From assembly GCA_004212155.1 (NCBI GenBank), contig RXIG01000019.1, positions 33,144 to 97,143 on the forward strand: a stretch of DNA of 64,000 bases. Direction: 5' to 3'. The DNA comes from an archaeon (GTDB lineage Archaea > Methanobacteriota_B > Thermococci > Methanofastidiosales > NM3). Positions 9,671 through 18,124 of this stretch are shown here, piece by piece. Position 1 is the first letter of the stretch. Every line of letters begins with the position of its first letter. The position numbers were made by a program, and so were the translations under genes. The notes beneath the pieces were generated by a model. It had not been told where the DNA came from, ran no database searches, and was given only the letters and a program-made list of their open reading frames with translations.

Positions 9671-9921
9671 TCCTCAGACCTCCGTGTCTTGAAAACTGTG
9701 ATTGCAATGAGGCCTGGTATGAGCGCAGACCCGAGTATGGCCTGCGTGATCGCCACGTCTGCGGCAAGGAGACGCTGGTAAAGCAGCGCAAGCCCAAGGC
9801 CCTGGAATCCGATGATGACCACCATCTTCATGAGGTCCTTTTGCACCAGTGCCATGATCGACCCGGCGATGATGGCAAACATCAATACAAACTCAATAAT
9901 TATCTCCAGCACCCCCATCAT
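9667..9921 (-). CDS. Small membrane subunit (MbhD / MnhB-N-terminal-like)
   Basis: 84 aa with three TM helices. The listed start overlaps the MnhG-like gene by 29 nt, so a slightly later start is possible. Confidence 0.55.
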   Translation of the reverse strand: MMGVLEIIIEFVLMFAIIAGSIMALVQKDLMKMVVIIGFQGLGLALLYQRLLAADVAITQAILGSALIPGLIAITVFKTRRSEE

Positions 9922-10177
9922 AATGGGCCTTGGCGATAGAATGCACCGCCACCGGCGTGAGTATGAAATAAAGCACTGCCACCAACGCGATCATAGGTTT
10001 TCCGAAAAACAAGAGCGTGATGATGCATGCGAAATCGACGACGCCGATGATGTGAAGCCGTGCATAAAGAATATTGGCGATCTTCTCAAACCGCATCAAT
10101 CCAAACGCGGCGACAAACAGGAGCGAACCGGTAAACAAGAAGACGATCGCCTGTAAGATAGAAATGTCTGCATTCAC
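9893..10177 (-). CDS. MnhG/MrpG-like membrane subunit
   Basis: I trimmed the 142-aa listed ORF to the GTG at 10177 (VNADISILQ...), which overlaps the upstream stop as GTGA. The discarded N-terminus is Arg/His-rich and overlaps the MnhF-like gene. Confidence 0.6.
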   Translation of the reverse strand: MNADISILQAIVFLFTGSLLFVAAFGLMRFEKIANILYARLHIIGVVDFACIITLLFFGKPMIALVAVLYFILTPVAVHSIAKAHYDGGAGDNY

Positions 10178-10443
10178 TGGAATCCTCCTCCATTCAAGAG
10201 CTTTGCGATGATGATCGTCCCCACAGGACCCAACACAAGCAGATAGAGCGCTATGTCTGCCGAAAAGGATATGGGAACGACCTCGCCGAGCACGACCAAC
10301 CCTGTGGCGGTCGCGACGCATGCACCGGAGAGTCCAGCCAGTGCAGATGTAGTCCCTTTTCGAGAGGCCACCCGAAGGCTCGCAAGGACGGTAAAGCTCA
10401 ATGCAATGATCAAATAATAGAGACTTGCATCATAGATATTCAT
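10174..10443 (-). CDS. MnhF/MrpF-like membrane subunit
   Basis: 89 aa with three TM helices, located between the MnhE-like and MnhG-like genes. It overlaps both neighbours by 4 nt. Confidence 0.6.
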   Translation of the reverse strand: MNIYDASLYYLIIALSFTVLASLRVASRKGTTSALAGLSGACVATATGLVVLGEVVPISFSADIALYLLVLGPVGTIIIAKLLNGGGFQ

Positions 10444-10757
10444 TCAAACATCCCCTTAATGTACTTCTCAAAAGGGATAATAGCCGATTGGTCGCGTGGC
10501 GTCAGAACCGTTACCGTAAGCTTTTGCGCCTTGTTGTCAACGTCGATGGTGAGCGTGCCCGGGGTCAACGTGATGGAGTTTGCAAGGAAGGTCTGTGATA
10601 TTTCTTTCCTCAATACGGTGTTTATGACCTTCTTCTCCGGTTTGATGGTACCCCTGAGTGCCAGATAGACGACGTTGAGCGCAGACATGGTAATATAATA
10701 AAGAAGAACAACGACATACGCAACAGCATAAAAAGGACGTGCGAGATTATTACCCAT
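10440..10757 (-). CDS. MnhE/MrpE-like subunit, first gene of the operon
   Basis: 105 aa with N-terminal TM helices followed by a soluble tail, as in MnhE. It is preceded by the SD-like AGGGGAG (reverse complement of 10761-10767). Confidence 0.65.
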   Translation of the reverse strand: MGNNLARPFYAVAYVVVLLYYITMSALNVVYLALRGTIKPEKKVINTVLRKEISQTFLANSITLTPGTLTIDVDNKAQKLTVTVLTPRDQSAIIPFEKYIKGMFE

Positions 10758-10787
10758 TATCTCCCCTCATAAAAACGTCTGATTTTT

Positions 10788-10821
10788 GATATTAAACGTA
10801 CTTCTAGAGAATACTTATAAA
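10788..10821 (-). promoter_or_regulatory. Candidate promoter of the hydrogenase/Mrp operon (two TATA-like boxes)
   Basis: The minus strand reads TTTATAAGT (10821-10813) and TTTAATATC (10796-10788). These lie 31-56 nt upstream of the ATG at 10757. Confidence 0.35.
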
Positions 10822-10893
10822 CTTTTTGGGTAATGAGTGAAGCGCATTTAACCATTAAGCGTAGAATTGCCTCTATTGCACATATAATATCAT

Positions 10894-10905
10894 ACTTTAT
10901 GTTCG
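10894..10905 (+). repeat. Exact 12-nt motif ACTTTATGTTCG (copy 1, TATA-like core)
   Basis: The string is identical to 34754-34765. Both copies sit in long non-coding spacers. Confidence 0.5.
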
Positions 10906-11198
10906 CTCGTTCTACGAACCCATCCCCTAGTATCACAAAACGGTCTATGCCCCCCCTCGGGCCGTTTGCTTTAAATGTTTTTCATTGCCATTGCGCCCAT
11001 ACGAGACGCGCATCCGGTAAATCCACTGCTCGTGGGATGTCGCTCCCCATTCGTTGCAAGGGGCTGCAATGTGATTCCATTCAACCACAAGAGACGATGA
11101 TGATAGTGCCGTTTCACCCCGTTCACAGGGGCTTTCGTTCGTGGCAGGATGCCTTTCAAAAGAATTTTTCATGTGAAAAGACCGTTAAATACCGAAAT

Positions 11199-11250
11199 CT
11201 TTTTATAATTACTAAAACCTATAAAATATAGCTATTTTTTCCAAAGGAGG
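11199..11250 (+). promoter_or_regulatory. Candidate alba promoter and ribosome-binding site
   Basis: TATA-like boxes TTTTATAATT (11201-11210) and TATAAAATATA (11220-11230) are present. The SD AAGGAGG (11244-11250) lies 7 nt before the ATG at 11258. Confidence 0.45.
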
Positions 11251-11257
11251 CTAGGAC

Positions 11258-11530
11258 ATGACAGAAGAAAATGTTGTATATGTTGGCAACAAACCACCTA
11301 TGAGCTACGTGCTTGCAGTGACGACACAATTTAACAACGGAGCAAATGAAGTGGTGCTCAAGGCGAGAGGAAAAGCAATCTCGCGTGCTGTCGATGTGGC
11401 AGAGATCGTCAGGAACCGCTTTATACCAGAAGCACTGGTGGACGCCATAACAACAGGTACCGAGGAGCTTCCCCGAAAAGAGGGTGGAACGACAAATACT
11501 TCAACGATAGAAATCGTGTTGAAGAAGTAA
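11258..11530 (+). CDS. albA: Chromatin/RNA-binding protein Alba
   Basis: 90 aa. [51 protein letters not shown] is the canonical Alba core. Confidence 0.9.
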   Translation: MTEENVVYVGNKPPMSYVLAVTTQFNNGANEVVLKARGKAISRAVDVAEIVRNRFIPEALVDAITTGTEELPRKEGGTTNTSTIEIVLKK

Positions 11531-11553
11531 CCCGAATACGTGGGTTCTTTACT

Positions 11554-12060
11554 ATGAAATCCCCAATTTGTGACATTTGCTTAAAATCTGGCATATTATG
11601 CCCTGGATGCCAGGAAAAAGTGATCAAGGGTGAGATATCCGAGCTTGAGGTAGAGATATCCCTGAAGCTCTACAACCTGCTTCAGAAGTACAAGATGCCC
11701 CAGGAACTCACCTTTCACAAGGCGATCGAAACCGACGATACGGTGGTACTCGTCGTCGGTGAGAACCAGATCGGTACCATCGTGGGGAAGGGGGGCAAGG
11801 TAGTAAAGAGCCTGCAAAAGGACCTCGAAAAGAAGATACGGGTCATCGAGAATACTGACGACATCAAAAAAATAGCACAGGACCTCATACACCCTGCCCG
11901 GATCGCGGGCATAAACATACTGTACCTGCCCGGAGGGGGGACGAAGAAGAAGTTGCGCATTCCAGTAGAGGATGAAAAAAAGCTTCCCATCGACACAAGC
12001 ATCGTCGAGGACATCATTCTACGTATGGCGGGAGAATCTGTGGACGTCGTCATAGAGTGA
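11554..12060 (+). CDS. KH-domain RNA-binding protein with N-terminal zinc ribbon (NusA-like KH family)
   Basis: The N-terminus has CDIC...CPGC. The KH GxxG loop is present as VGKGGKVV. Confidence 0.6.
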   Translation: MKSPICDICLKSGILCPGCQEKVIKGEISELEVEISLKLYNLLQKYKMPQELTFHKAIETDDTVVLVVGENQIGTIVGKGGKVVKSLQKDLEKKIRVIENTDDIKKIAQDLIHPARIAGINILYLPGGGTKKKLRIPVEDEKKLPIDTSIVEDIILRMAGESVDVVIE

Positions 12061-12078
12061 AAACACTGAGGGAACATC

Positions 12079-13329
12079 ATGGACTCTATCAAAGGATGGG
12101 TACACGAAGTGAGAGACATAGGTGGCATCAAGTTTGTCATCGTCCGAAACAGGAATGGATTATATCAAGTAACGCTTCCGAAGAAGAAGGTGTCAGAGGA
12201 TATCTTCTCCTTTGTCGACACGCTTTCGAGGGAGGACGTCATCGAGGTGAGTGGGACGTTCCAGGAAGCCCGGTCGCGCGACTTTTCGACCGAGCTCATA
12301 CCTGATGACATACGTATCATTAATAAATCGGCGACACCCCTGCCCCTCGACCCGAGCGAGAAGGTGCACGCCGAGCTCGACACGCGCCTCGACAACAGAT
12401 TCCTCGATATACGACGCCCCGCCATTCAGGCGATCTTCAAGGTTCGCCATGCGCTCATCAAGCATGCTCGCGATTATCTGGATTCACAGGGATTTCTTGA
12501 AATACACACATCAAAGATCATCTCCACCGCATCCGAGGGTGGTACGGAGCTCTTTCCGGTGAAGTATTTCGAGAAACAGGCCTACCTGACCCAGTCGCCA
12601 CAGCTCTACAAGCAGATGGCGATGGCAGGCGGATTCGAGCGAACGTATGAGATCGCTTGGTACTTCAGGGCTGAGGACCACAATACGACGCGCCACCTGA
12701 ACGAAGCGACAGCCATCGACATAGAGATGTCGTTTATCGAGAGCGAAGAGGACATCATGCAGGTGCTCGAGCAGCTCATCCATCACGCGATAAAAGGGGT
12801 CGTCAATGACTGCCAGGACGAGCTGGAGACGCTTGGTGTAGAGATAAAGGTCCCATCCGTTCCGTTCAAACGCATATCCTACGATGAGGCCATCGAACTC
12901 CTTCAGGGAAAGGGCATGGCCATAGAGTGGGGTGAGGACCTCGGCACCGAGAGCGAACGGATCATCGGGGAGGAGATGGTCACCCAGGGGCACGAGTACT
13001 ACTTCATCAAACGCTACCCCCGCAACAAGGTGTTCTACATACAACCCGAAGGGAGGTACTGCAGGGGATTTGACCTTGACTGCAAGGGGCTGGAACTTAC
13101 CTCTGGCGGGCAGCGCTGCCATGAGTACGACACGATCGTCGAACGGATCGAGGAGTTTGGCATGAATCCCGACAACTTCGAGGACTATCTCAAGATCTTC
13201 AGGTACGGCATGCCGACACACGGCGGGTTCGGATTCGGTCTCGAGCGCTGGCTCATGATGATACTCGATCTCAAGAACGTGAGGGAGTGCATACTGTTCC
13301 CGCGCGATAGGCATCGCACAACACCATGA
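12079..13329 (+). CDS. aspS: Aspartyl-tRNA synthetase, archaeal type (class IIb)
   Basis: 416 aa with an N-terminal OB anticodon-binding domain and class II motifs (FRAEDHNTTRHLNE; GGFGFGLERW). An in-frame TGA lies 4 codons upstream, which fixes the start. Confidence 0.9.
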   Translation: MDSIKGWVHEVRDIGGIKFVIVRNRNGLYQVTLPKKKVSEDIFSFVDTLSREDVIEVSGTFQEARSRDFSTELIPDDIRIINKSATPLPLDPSEKVHAELDTRLDNRFLDIRRPAIQAIFKVRHALIKHARDYLDSQGFLEIHTSKIISTASEGGTELFPVKYFEKQAYLTQSPQLYKQMAMAGGFERTYEIAWYFRAEDHNTTRHLNEATAIDIEMSFIESEEDIMQVLEQLIHHAIKGVVNDCQDELETLGVEIKVPSVPFKRISYDEAIELLQGKGMAIEWGEDLGTESERIIGEEMVTQGHEYYFIKRYPRNKVFYIQPEGRYCRGFDLDCKGLELTSGGQRCHEYDTIVERIEEFGMNPDNFEDYLKIFRYGMPTHGGFGFGLERWLMMILDLKNVRECILFPRDRHRTTP

Positions 13330-13381
13330 GCGCCCTGTTCTTGGAAAACTATATAATATCCCACTTTCTTTCTTATTATAT

Positions 13382-13858
13382 ATGCAGATAGCCGTGATAG
13401 GGTCGGCCATCGAGGACGACCCCGGTATCCTTTCGATGGCCCATGACCTCGGGGCCGCCCTCGCACAAAAGGGCCACATCATCATTTGCGGCGGCGGGGG
13501 AGGCATCATGGAAGCGGTGTCGCACGGAGCCTGCGAGGCGGACGGGACCGTAGTAGGGGTACTGCCATCAAACGAGCGCCACACGGGAAACAGATTCCTT
13601 ACTGCAGAGGTAGTCACGGGGCTGCACGAGATGAGAAATGCGGTCGTTGTGGCCAGCGGCGATATCGTCCTCGCGTTCCCGGGGGCATTTGGAACGCTCT
13701 CTGAACTAGCGTTCGCAATGAAGTATGACAAACCGATCGTCGTCGTACAGCCGGAGCACTTCTTCCTCGACTTCACGCTCATTCCTTATACACGACTTAC
13801 CTTTGCATGGAATCTACGGGACATAATCAACTCAATCGAGGAATATGATGATCTTTGA
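13382..13858 (+). CDS. LOG/SLOG-fold protein (TIGR00725-like, lysine-decarboxylase-like family)
   Basis: 158 aa with IICGGGGGIMEA and PGAFGTLSELAFA, which are LOG-family Rossmann signatures. Confidence 0.7.
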   Translation: MQIAVIGSAIEDDPGILSMAHDLGAALAQKGHIIICGGGGGIMEAVSHGACEADGTVVGVLPSNERHTGNRFLTAEVVTGLHEMRNAVVVASGDIVLAFPGAFGTLSELAFAMKYDKPIVVVQPEHFFLDFTLIPYTRLTFAWNLRDIINSIEEYDDL

Positions 13859-15137
13859 CAAGATATTCGGGAAAAAGGATGAAAAGAAACACGAACGGCC
13901 CATTCATGTGAATGAGCTAGACCAATTTATCGCTGAGCGAACGGATACGCTCAACACAAGGGTCGAGGAGGAAACGAGCCGACCGCTTGGCCTTATCGAG
14001 AACTCATTTTCTAACATAGAGGGGATCATCGAAGACCTCAGGTCAAAGGAACTCGAAGAAGAGGTTGTGAAACGGCTTGAAAACATCACCATCACCTCTC
14101 AGAAGAAGTTCTGCCAGAGCATGGACAAGTCCTTGGAGAAACGTACGGCATTGACATCGATTGCAACGTATCCTGCGCTCGAGGAGTATATCGAGACGAC
14201 ACGGTCCGTTCTACAGTCGATGGACAAGATACGCGCCACACACGGGAGATATCTTGGCATTGCTTTTGAATCGAGCATGAAGGAGCTGGGAAAGGAGATC
14301 AAGGTGGTGGCTGACGCGCTTGGGCTTCTCTCCAACATCGCGGCTGACATCAATGATGAATGGACGTCGCTTCGGGAACTCAGGGAACTGCACGATGAGT
14401 ACCGATCGCTTGATGAAGATGCATTGCAGGAACGCATCGCATCACTCGATGAGGAGGCAAGAAAGATTGCTAACGAACTGTCCATTGTAAAGGAACATAT
14501 TGAGCAGTATAAACAGTCGGATAAGCACAAAACATACCTGGAGCTTCGAAGAAGGGCGAGTGAGGCGGAAGCGGAAGTGGACGAGCTCAACAATCGCATA
14601 TATGGGTACATTGCCCCGCTCAAGCGAGACCTGAAAAAGCTCAAGAAGGCTGCAGACAATGAGAAGTGCAGAATGACCTCGGATGTTTATCACAAGATCG
14701 AGGAGACACTCGAGACACCCATGAAAAGCCTTGCCGGGGAATCCGAGGGACTCGCCGAGACGAAACGAATGGTCGAACAGCTCCGCGACGCTCTCATGGA
14801 CGGCACGCTCCAGGAAAAGGATGCCAAGCGCCAAAAGACCCTTGAGGAATGTTCAGCCATCATCAACGGTGCGCTCGATGACATCGTACGGTCGTATGTC
14901 GATGCACTTGCGCGTTTCGAAAAGCTCAACGAGCAAGTAGGGAACTATTCACTTCACGAACTCGAGGAACTTCGTCACAAGAAGGGACAGCTCGAATCAC
15001 AACGCCAGCGGATTGAAGAACGCATAAAGAGAGAAAAACACGCAAAGTCATCATCACAAGAACGAAAACAAGTGTTACAGTCGGAATTGCAGGACATTCT
15101 CAATCATATCGACCCCAATGCATCGTTAGATTTTTAA
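13845..15137 (+). CDS. Long coiled-coil protein, unknown function
   Basis: 430 aa, Glu/Lys/Leu/Arg-rich with heptad-like character throughout. No TM segment or enzymatic motif. The start overlaps the LOG-like gene by 14 nt. Confidence 0.6.
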   Translation: MMIFDKIFGKKDEKKHERPIHVNELDQFIAERTDTLNTRVEEETSRPLGLIENSFSNIEGIIEDLRSKELEEEVVKRLENITITSQKKFCQSMDKSLEKRTALTSIATYPALEEYIETTRSVLQSMDKIRATHGRYLGIAFESSMKELGKEIKVVADALGLLSNIAADINDEWTSLRELRELHDEYRSLDEDALQERIASLDEEARKIANELSIVKEHIEQYKQSDKHKTYLELRRRASEAEAEVDELNNRIYGYIAPLKRDLKKLKKAADNEKCRMTSDVYHKIEETLETPMKSLAGESEGLAETKRMVEQLRDALMDGTLQEKDAKRQKTLEECSAIINGALDDIVRSYVDALARFEKLNEQVGNYSLHELEELRHKKGQLESQRQRIEERIKREKHAKSSSQERKQVLQSELQDILNHIDPNASLDF

Positions 15138-15188
15138 TCATTAGCATCATATGTAAAACAACCAAGTTTCATCTATGGAGGAATCATA

Positions 15189-15920
15189 TTGGCACTTTTT
15201 GGTGATAAGAAGTCTGATAAGCTCAAAAACAAGCTTTCAAAACTTGAACGTGAGAATGAGGACCTAAAGGAACAGCTGGCAGAATACGAGAAGGTGTTTG
15301 GCAACTTCGAGGACATGAAGAAGGTTACCGACAGGGTGCGAGAGGAGAACAAGCGCCTGCTTGAAAAACTGGAGGAGAACGTGGAGGTCAAGAGCAAGAT
15401 GCAAAAACGTATTGATGAGCTTACCCAGGCACTCAACGCGAAAAAGGAGGACTTCCAGCTCAACATCAGCGCGATGGAGTCCAAGGACGACAACATCGTT
15501 GTGGGGAACAACGTTGAGTTCACCGGCGGACTCTCGACGCCAAAGAACATCACAACGGGCGACAACGTGGTCATCCAGGGCGATGTCAACTGCAATGAGA
15601 AGGTCTCCCTTGGCAACTACAACAGGGTCGTCGGCAACGTGGCAGGTGACGCTGGCGTGCTCGTAGGCAACGGATGCCAACTCGAGAAGAACATCGTCTC
15701 ACAGGGGCCCGTGAGCATTGGCGAGGACTGCAGGGTATCGCATGTGTCGACCGATGCTGACGTGCAGGTGGGCAAGAACACTGAAGTGAAAAAGATCACC
15801 TCTGGCGCTAACGTCTACCTCAAGGAGGGTGTTCACATCCATGACGGCATCGAGTATAAGGGCTCCATAAACATTGAAAAGGATGTTACCATCGCCGGTG
15901 AGATAAAGACCCGTCAATGA
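15189..15920 (+). CDS. Bactofilin-like (polymer-forming, beta-helical) protein with N-terminal coiled coil
   Basis: The TTG start is preceded by GGAGGA (15177-15182). The C-terminal 140 aa consist of short repeats (VVGNNVEF, VVIQGDV, VVGNVAGDAGVLVGNG, VSIGEDCRV, VQVGKNTEV...) typical of the bactofilin/DUF583 beta-helix. Confidence 0.7.
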   Translation: MALFGDKKSDKLKNKLSKLERENEDLKEQLAEYEKVFGNFEDMKKVTDRVREENKRLLEKLEENVEVKSKMQKRIDELTQALNAKKEDFQLNISAMESKDDNIVVGNNVEFTGGLSTPKNITTGDNVVIQGDVNCNEKVSLGNYNRVVGNVAGDAGVLVGNGCQLEKNIVSQGPVSIGEDCRVSHVSTDADVQVGKNTEVKKITSGANVYLKEGVHIHDGIEYKGSINIEKDVTIAGEIKTRQ

Positions 15921-17362
15921 TGTGGGGAAGAGGTGCCTTTCCCATAATGGAGTGCGTCTTTTCTGCATGCGGTAAGGCATTTCCCGCATGCTATGCACTC
16001 GCCGGAGCCGGTGACAAGGTCTCTTCCCATGGGACACGCCCTGTTACACGCCTTGCACCCAACGCACGAACCTTTTTTCACTCGAACATTATATATCGAG
16101 AGCTTCTCCGTTGCCCATAACAACGCGCCGAGAGGACAGGCAATCCTGCAAAATCCCCGTTCGATGAATAGTGACGAGATGATTAGCAGGATGGTCAGGC
16201 CCCCGAGGACACCCCACTGGAATCTTCGTACAAAGATGAAGTAGAAGGGATCGTATTCACAAAACACTGCTCGGGCTTGTGCGATGGCATAGAAAAGCAT
16301 TGTCCCAAGGACGAGGAACTTGATGTAGTGTGCCCACCTTGGCACTTTCCGTGGTGTACGAATTTTGAATGCACGCCTGCCGCCATCGTAGAGGAATTTC
16401 TGTACGGCACCAAAAAAACAGACCCATCCGCAAAATATCCTGCCAAAAAGCAATGATGTGAAGATCGGGATGATGACCAGTATGATCCAGTGAATGGGGA
16501 TCACATCGACGACGAACGGCTGCGCGATGGCGCCTAAATGGCACATGCAGCCCTCGAGGTACAGACCGAAGTATGCAAGGCTTGCCGCAAGGGTGAGGTA
16601 GCGGGCACGGTATCGCGCCTTGATGAAGAGCAACGCGGATGTGATGAGCAGCAGCACCAACACTGCATCTCGAACATAAAACGAGAAGTCAAACACCACT
16701 GGGTTGTTCGAATCGTCAGCTGCGGGATGTGCATCGTAATAGAGACCTTCCAACGTTTCTCTGATGACGTGTTTATCAATGCCGTACGTTCGCCATAACT
16801 GGTCCATTGTCATCGGAGAGTCGGCTTCGATCCCAAAAGCGTTCATGACATCATCGATTGGTATCCCATAGGTCTGGGCAACCTCAACGATCGTCATCGT
16901 GCGTATCTTCGACCACGAAAAGAAAAAGACCTCATCAGGCGCCCCGTCTGACGGTGGCAATGGCGCGCCACCCACGCTAAAGGGCATGCTCTTTTCTATC
17001 AATCCATATCGCGAACAATCACGTGTGACGGTGATATGCCCTGTACCTTCCTCGCTGCCTGTAAGAGTAAACGTCTTCTCGTACATAGTGGGGGATACTT
17101 GTTGCCATGTTGACGTTCCTATCACCTGGAGCTGATTAGGGATGGCGATCTCCGTATCGTCAATATCGAGGGGGCAGTTGGCATGGATGATGACGATCGT
17201 GACAGAAAGCGTTGCCTCTTCGCCGATGTCAAGTTCCAAAGAGGCTGGTTCGAAGAGAATTTCCCGATCTGCCAGGTCATCAAGCCCGCACGTGATGGTG
17301 GTGTGCAAAGGAGAAAAGAACACCAAAAGGAGCACGATTGCAAAAAGTGCCGCGTTTTTCAT
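15914..17362 (-). CDS. NapH/NosR-type membrane-bound Fe-S protein with large N-terminal extracytoplasmic domain
   Basis: It has a signal/anchor helix, a soluble region of about 230 aa, then TM helices. The helices carry GRIFCGWVCFFG and RGFCRIACPLG. The C-terminus has CVGCKACNRACP and CIACGKCLTAC. Confidence 0.75.
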   Translation of the reverse strand: MKNAALFAIVLLLVFFSPLHTTITCGLDDLADREILFEPASLELDIGEEATLSVTIVIIHANCPLDIDDTEIAIPNQLQVIGTSTWQQVSPTMYEKTFTLTGSEEGTGHITVTRDCSRYGLIEKSMPFSVGGAPLPPSDGAPDEVFFFSWSKIRTMTIVEVAQTYGIPIDDVMNAFGIEADSPMTMDQLWRTYGIDKHVIRETLEGLYYDAHPAADDSNNPVVFDFSFYVRDAVLVLLLITSALLFIKARYRARYLTLAASLAYFGLYLEGCMCHLGAIAQPFVVDVIPIHWIILVIIPIFTSLLFGRIFCGWVCFFGAVQKFLYDGGRRAFKIRTPRKVPRWAHYIKFLVLGTMLFYAIAQARAVFCEYDPFYFIFVRRFQWGVLGGLTILLIISSLFIERGFCRIACPLGALLWATEKLSIYNVRVKKGSCVGCKACNRACPMGRDLVTGSGECIACGKCLTACRKDALHYGKGTSSPHH

Positions 17363-17397
17363 ACAATGCCCCTTCTGGTTATCGCCGCATCGCCAGG

Positions 17398-17898
17398 CTA
17401 CACTTCAAAGACGTCGATTGCGCCAGTATCGTCGAAGATATGGAAGGTGATCACGCGATCATCCTCGTAGGCGAGCTCGAACTCCGTATTGTCGCGAACG
17501 TGGCAATAAAGAGGATAGATATACTGTACATCGCCCTTGTAGATGCGAAACGTGTCATGTGTCGTCCTGATGACAAAATCCTCGTCCTCCGGCAGGTATC
17601 GTATCCTGACCACATCCTCAGGATCCACGGACGATATGCCCGGAGCGTACTTCTCAAGCCGCGTGAGATTCGTGCCATGCACAAGGTCCGAGTAGAGCAT
17701 CTTGCATATGGCGACGTTGCGGTAATAGTTCTCAGGGCGTTTATCCTCGCGTATGAGCCGATAGCGCCGCCTGTACTCAAACGCATCGTCTTCAGGAACG
17801 TACTGCTCGATGGTCCTCCCTTCAGGCGTATGGTTCTTGATGTGCTCTATGATCTCGGAGATGTCACCAAGGATAACGGTGTGCTGTGGCTGCGCCAT
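17398..17898 (-). CDS. Hypothetical soluble protein
   Basis: 166-aa ORF with normal composition, 35 nt upstream of the NapH-like gene on the same strand. I recognised no motif. Confidence 0.5.
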   Translation of the reverse strand: MAQPQHTVILGDISEIIEHIKNHTPEGRTIEQYVPEDDAFEYRRRYRLIREDKRPENYYRNVAICKMLYSDLVHGTNLTRLEKYAPGISSVDPEDVVRIRYLPEDEDFVIRTTHDTFRIYKGDVQYIYPLYCHVRDNTEFELAYEDDRVITFHIFDDTGAIDVFEV

Positions 17899-18124
17899 AC
17901 GATAAGGTAGCGCTTTAATTAAAAATAGTTTTGGTTCGATTGGCGAGGCACATGAGAATGAAATGTCCTAGGCCTGCCAGAATCAGCAACGGGCGGCAAT
18001 TCAAGTAATATTTATAAGTGCCGCATGAGATGATTAAATGCATGCGTTGGGCCTTAGAGGTTATCAACATAGTTTCCGACTCTCGAGGGTCCTTCGCATG
18101 CTCTCAGACTCACAAGGCGATGTC

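Noticed and set aside
11096-11103. GATGATGA resembling a C box of a C/D-box sRNA
   Set aside because: There is no CTGA D box at a suitable distance downstream and no terminal stem.
10833-11231. 132-aa ORF filling the hydrogenase/alba spacer
   Set aside because: The composition is implausible and there is no RBS. It reads through TATA boxes and T-runs. I treated the region as non-coding (see the finding).
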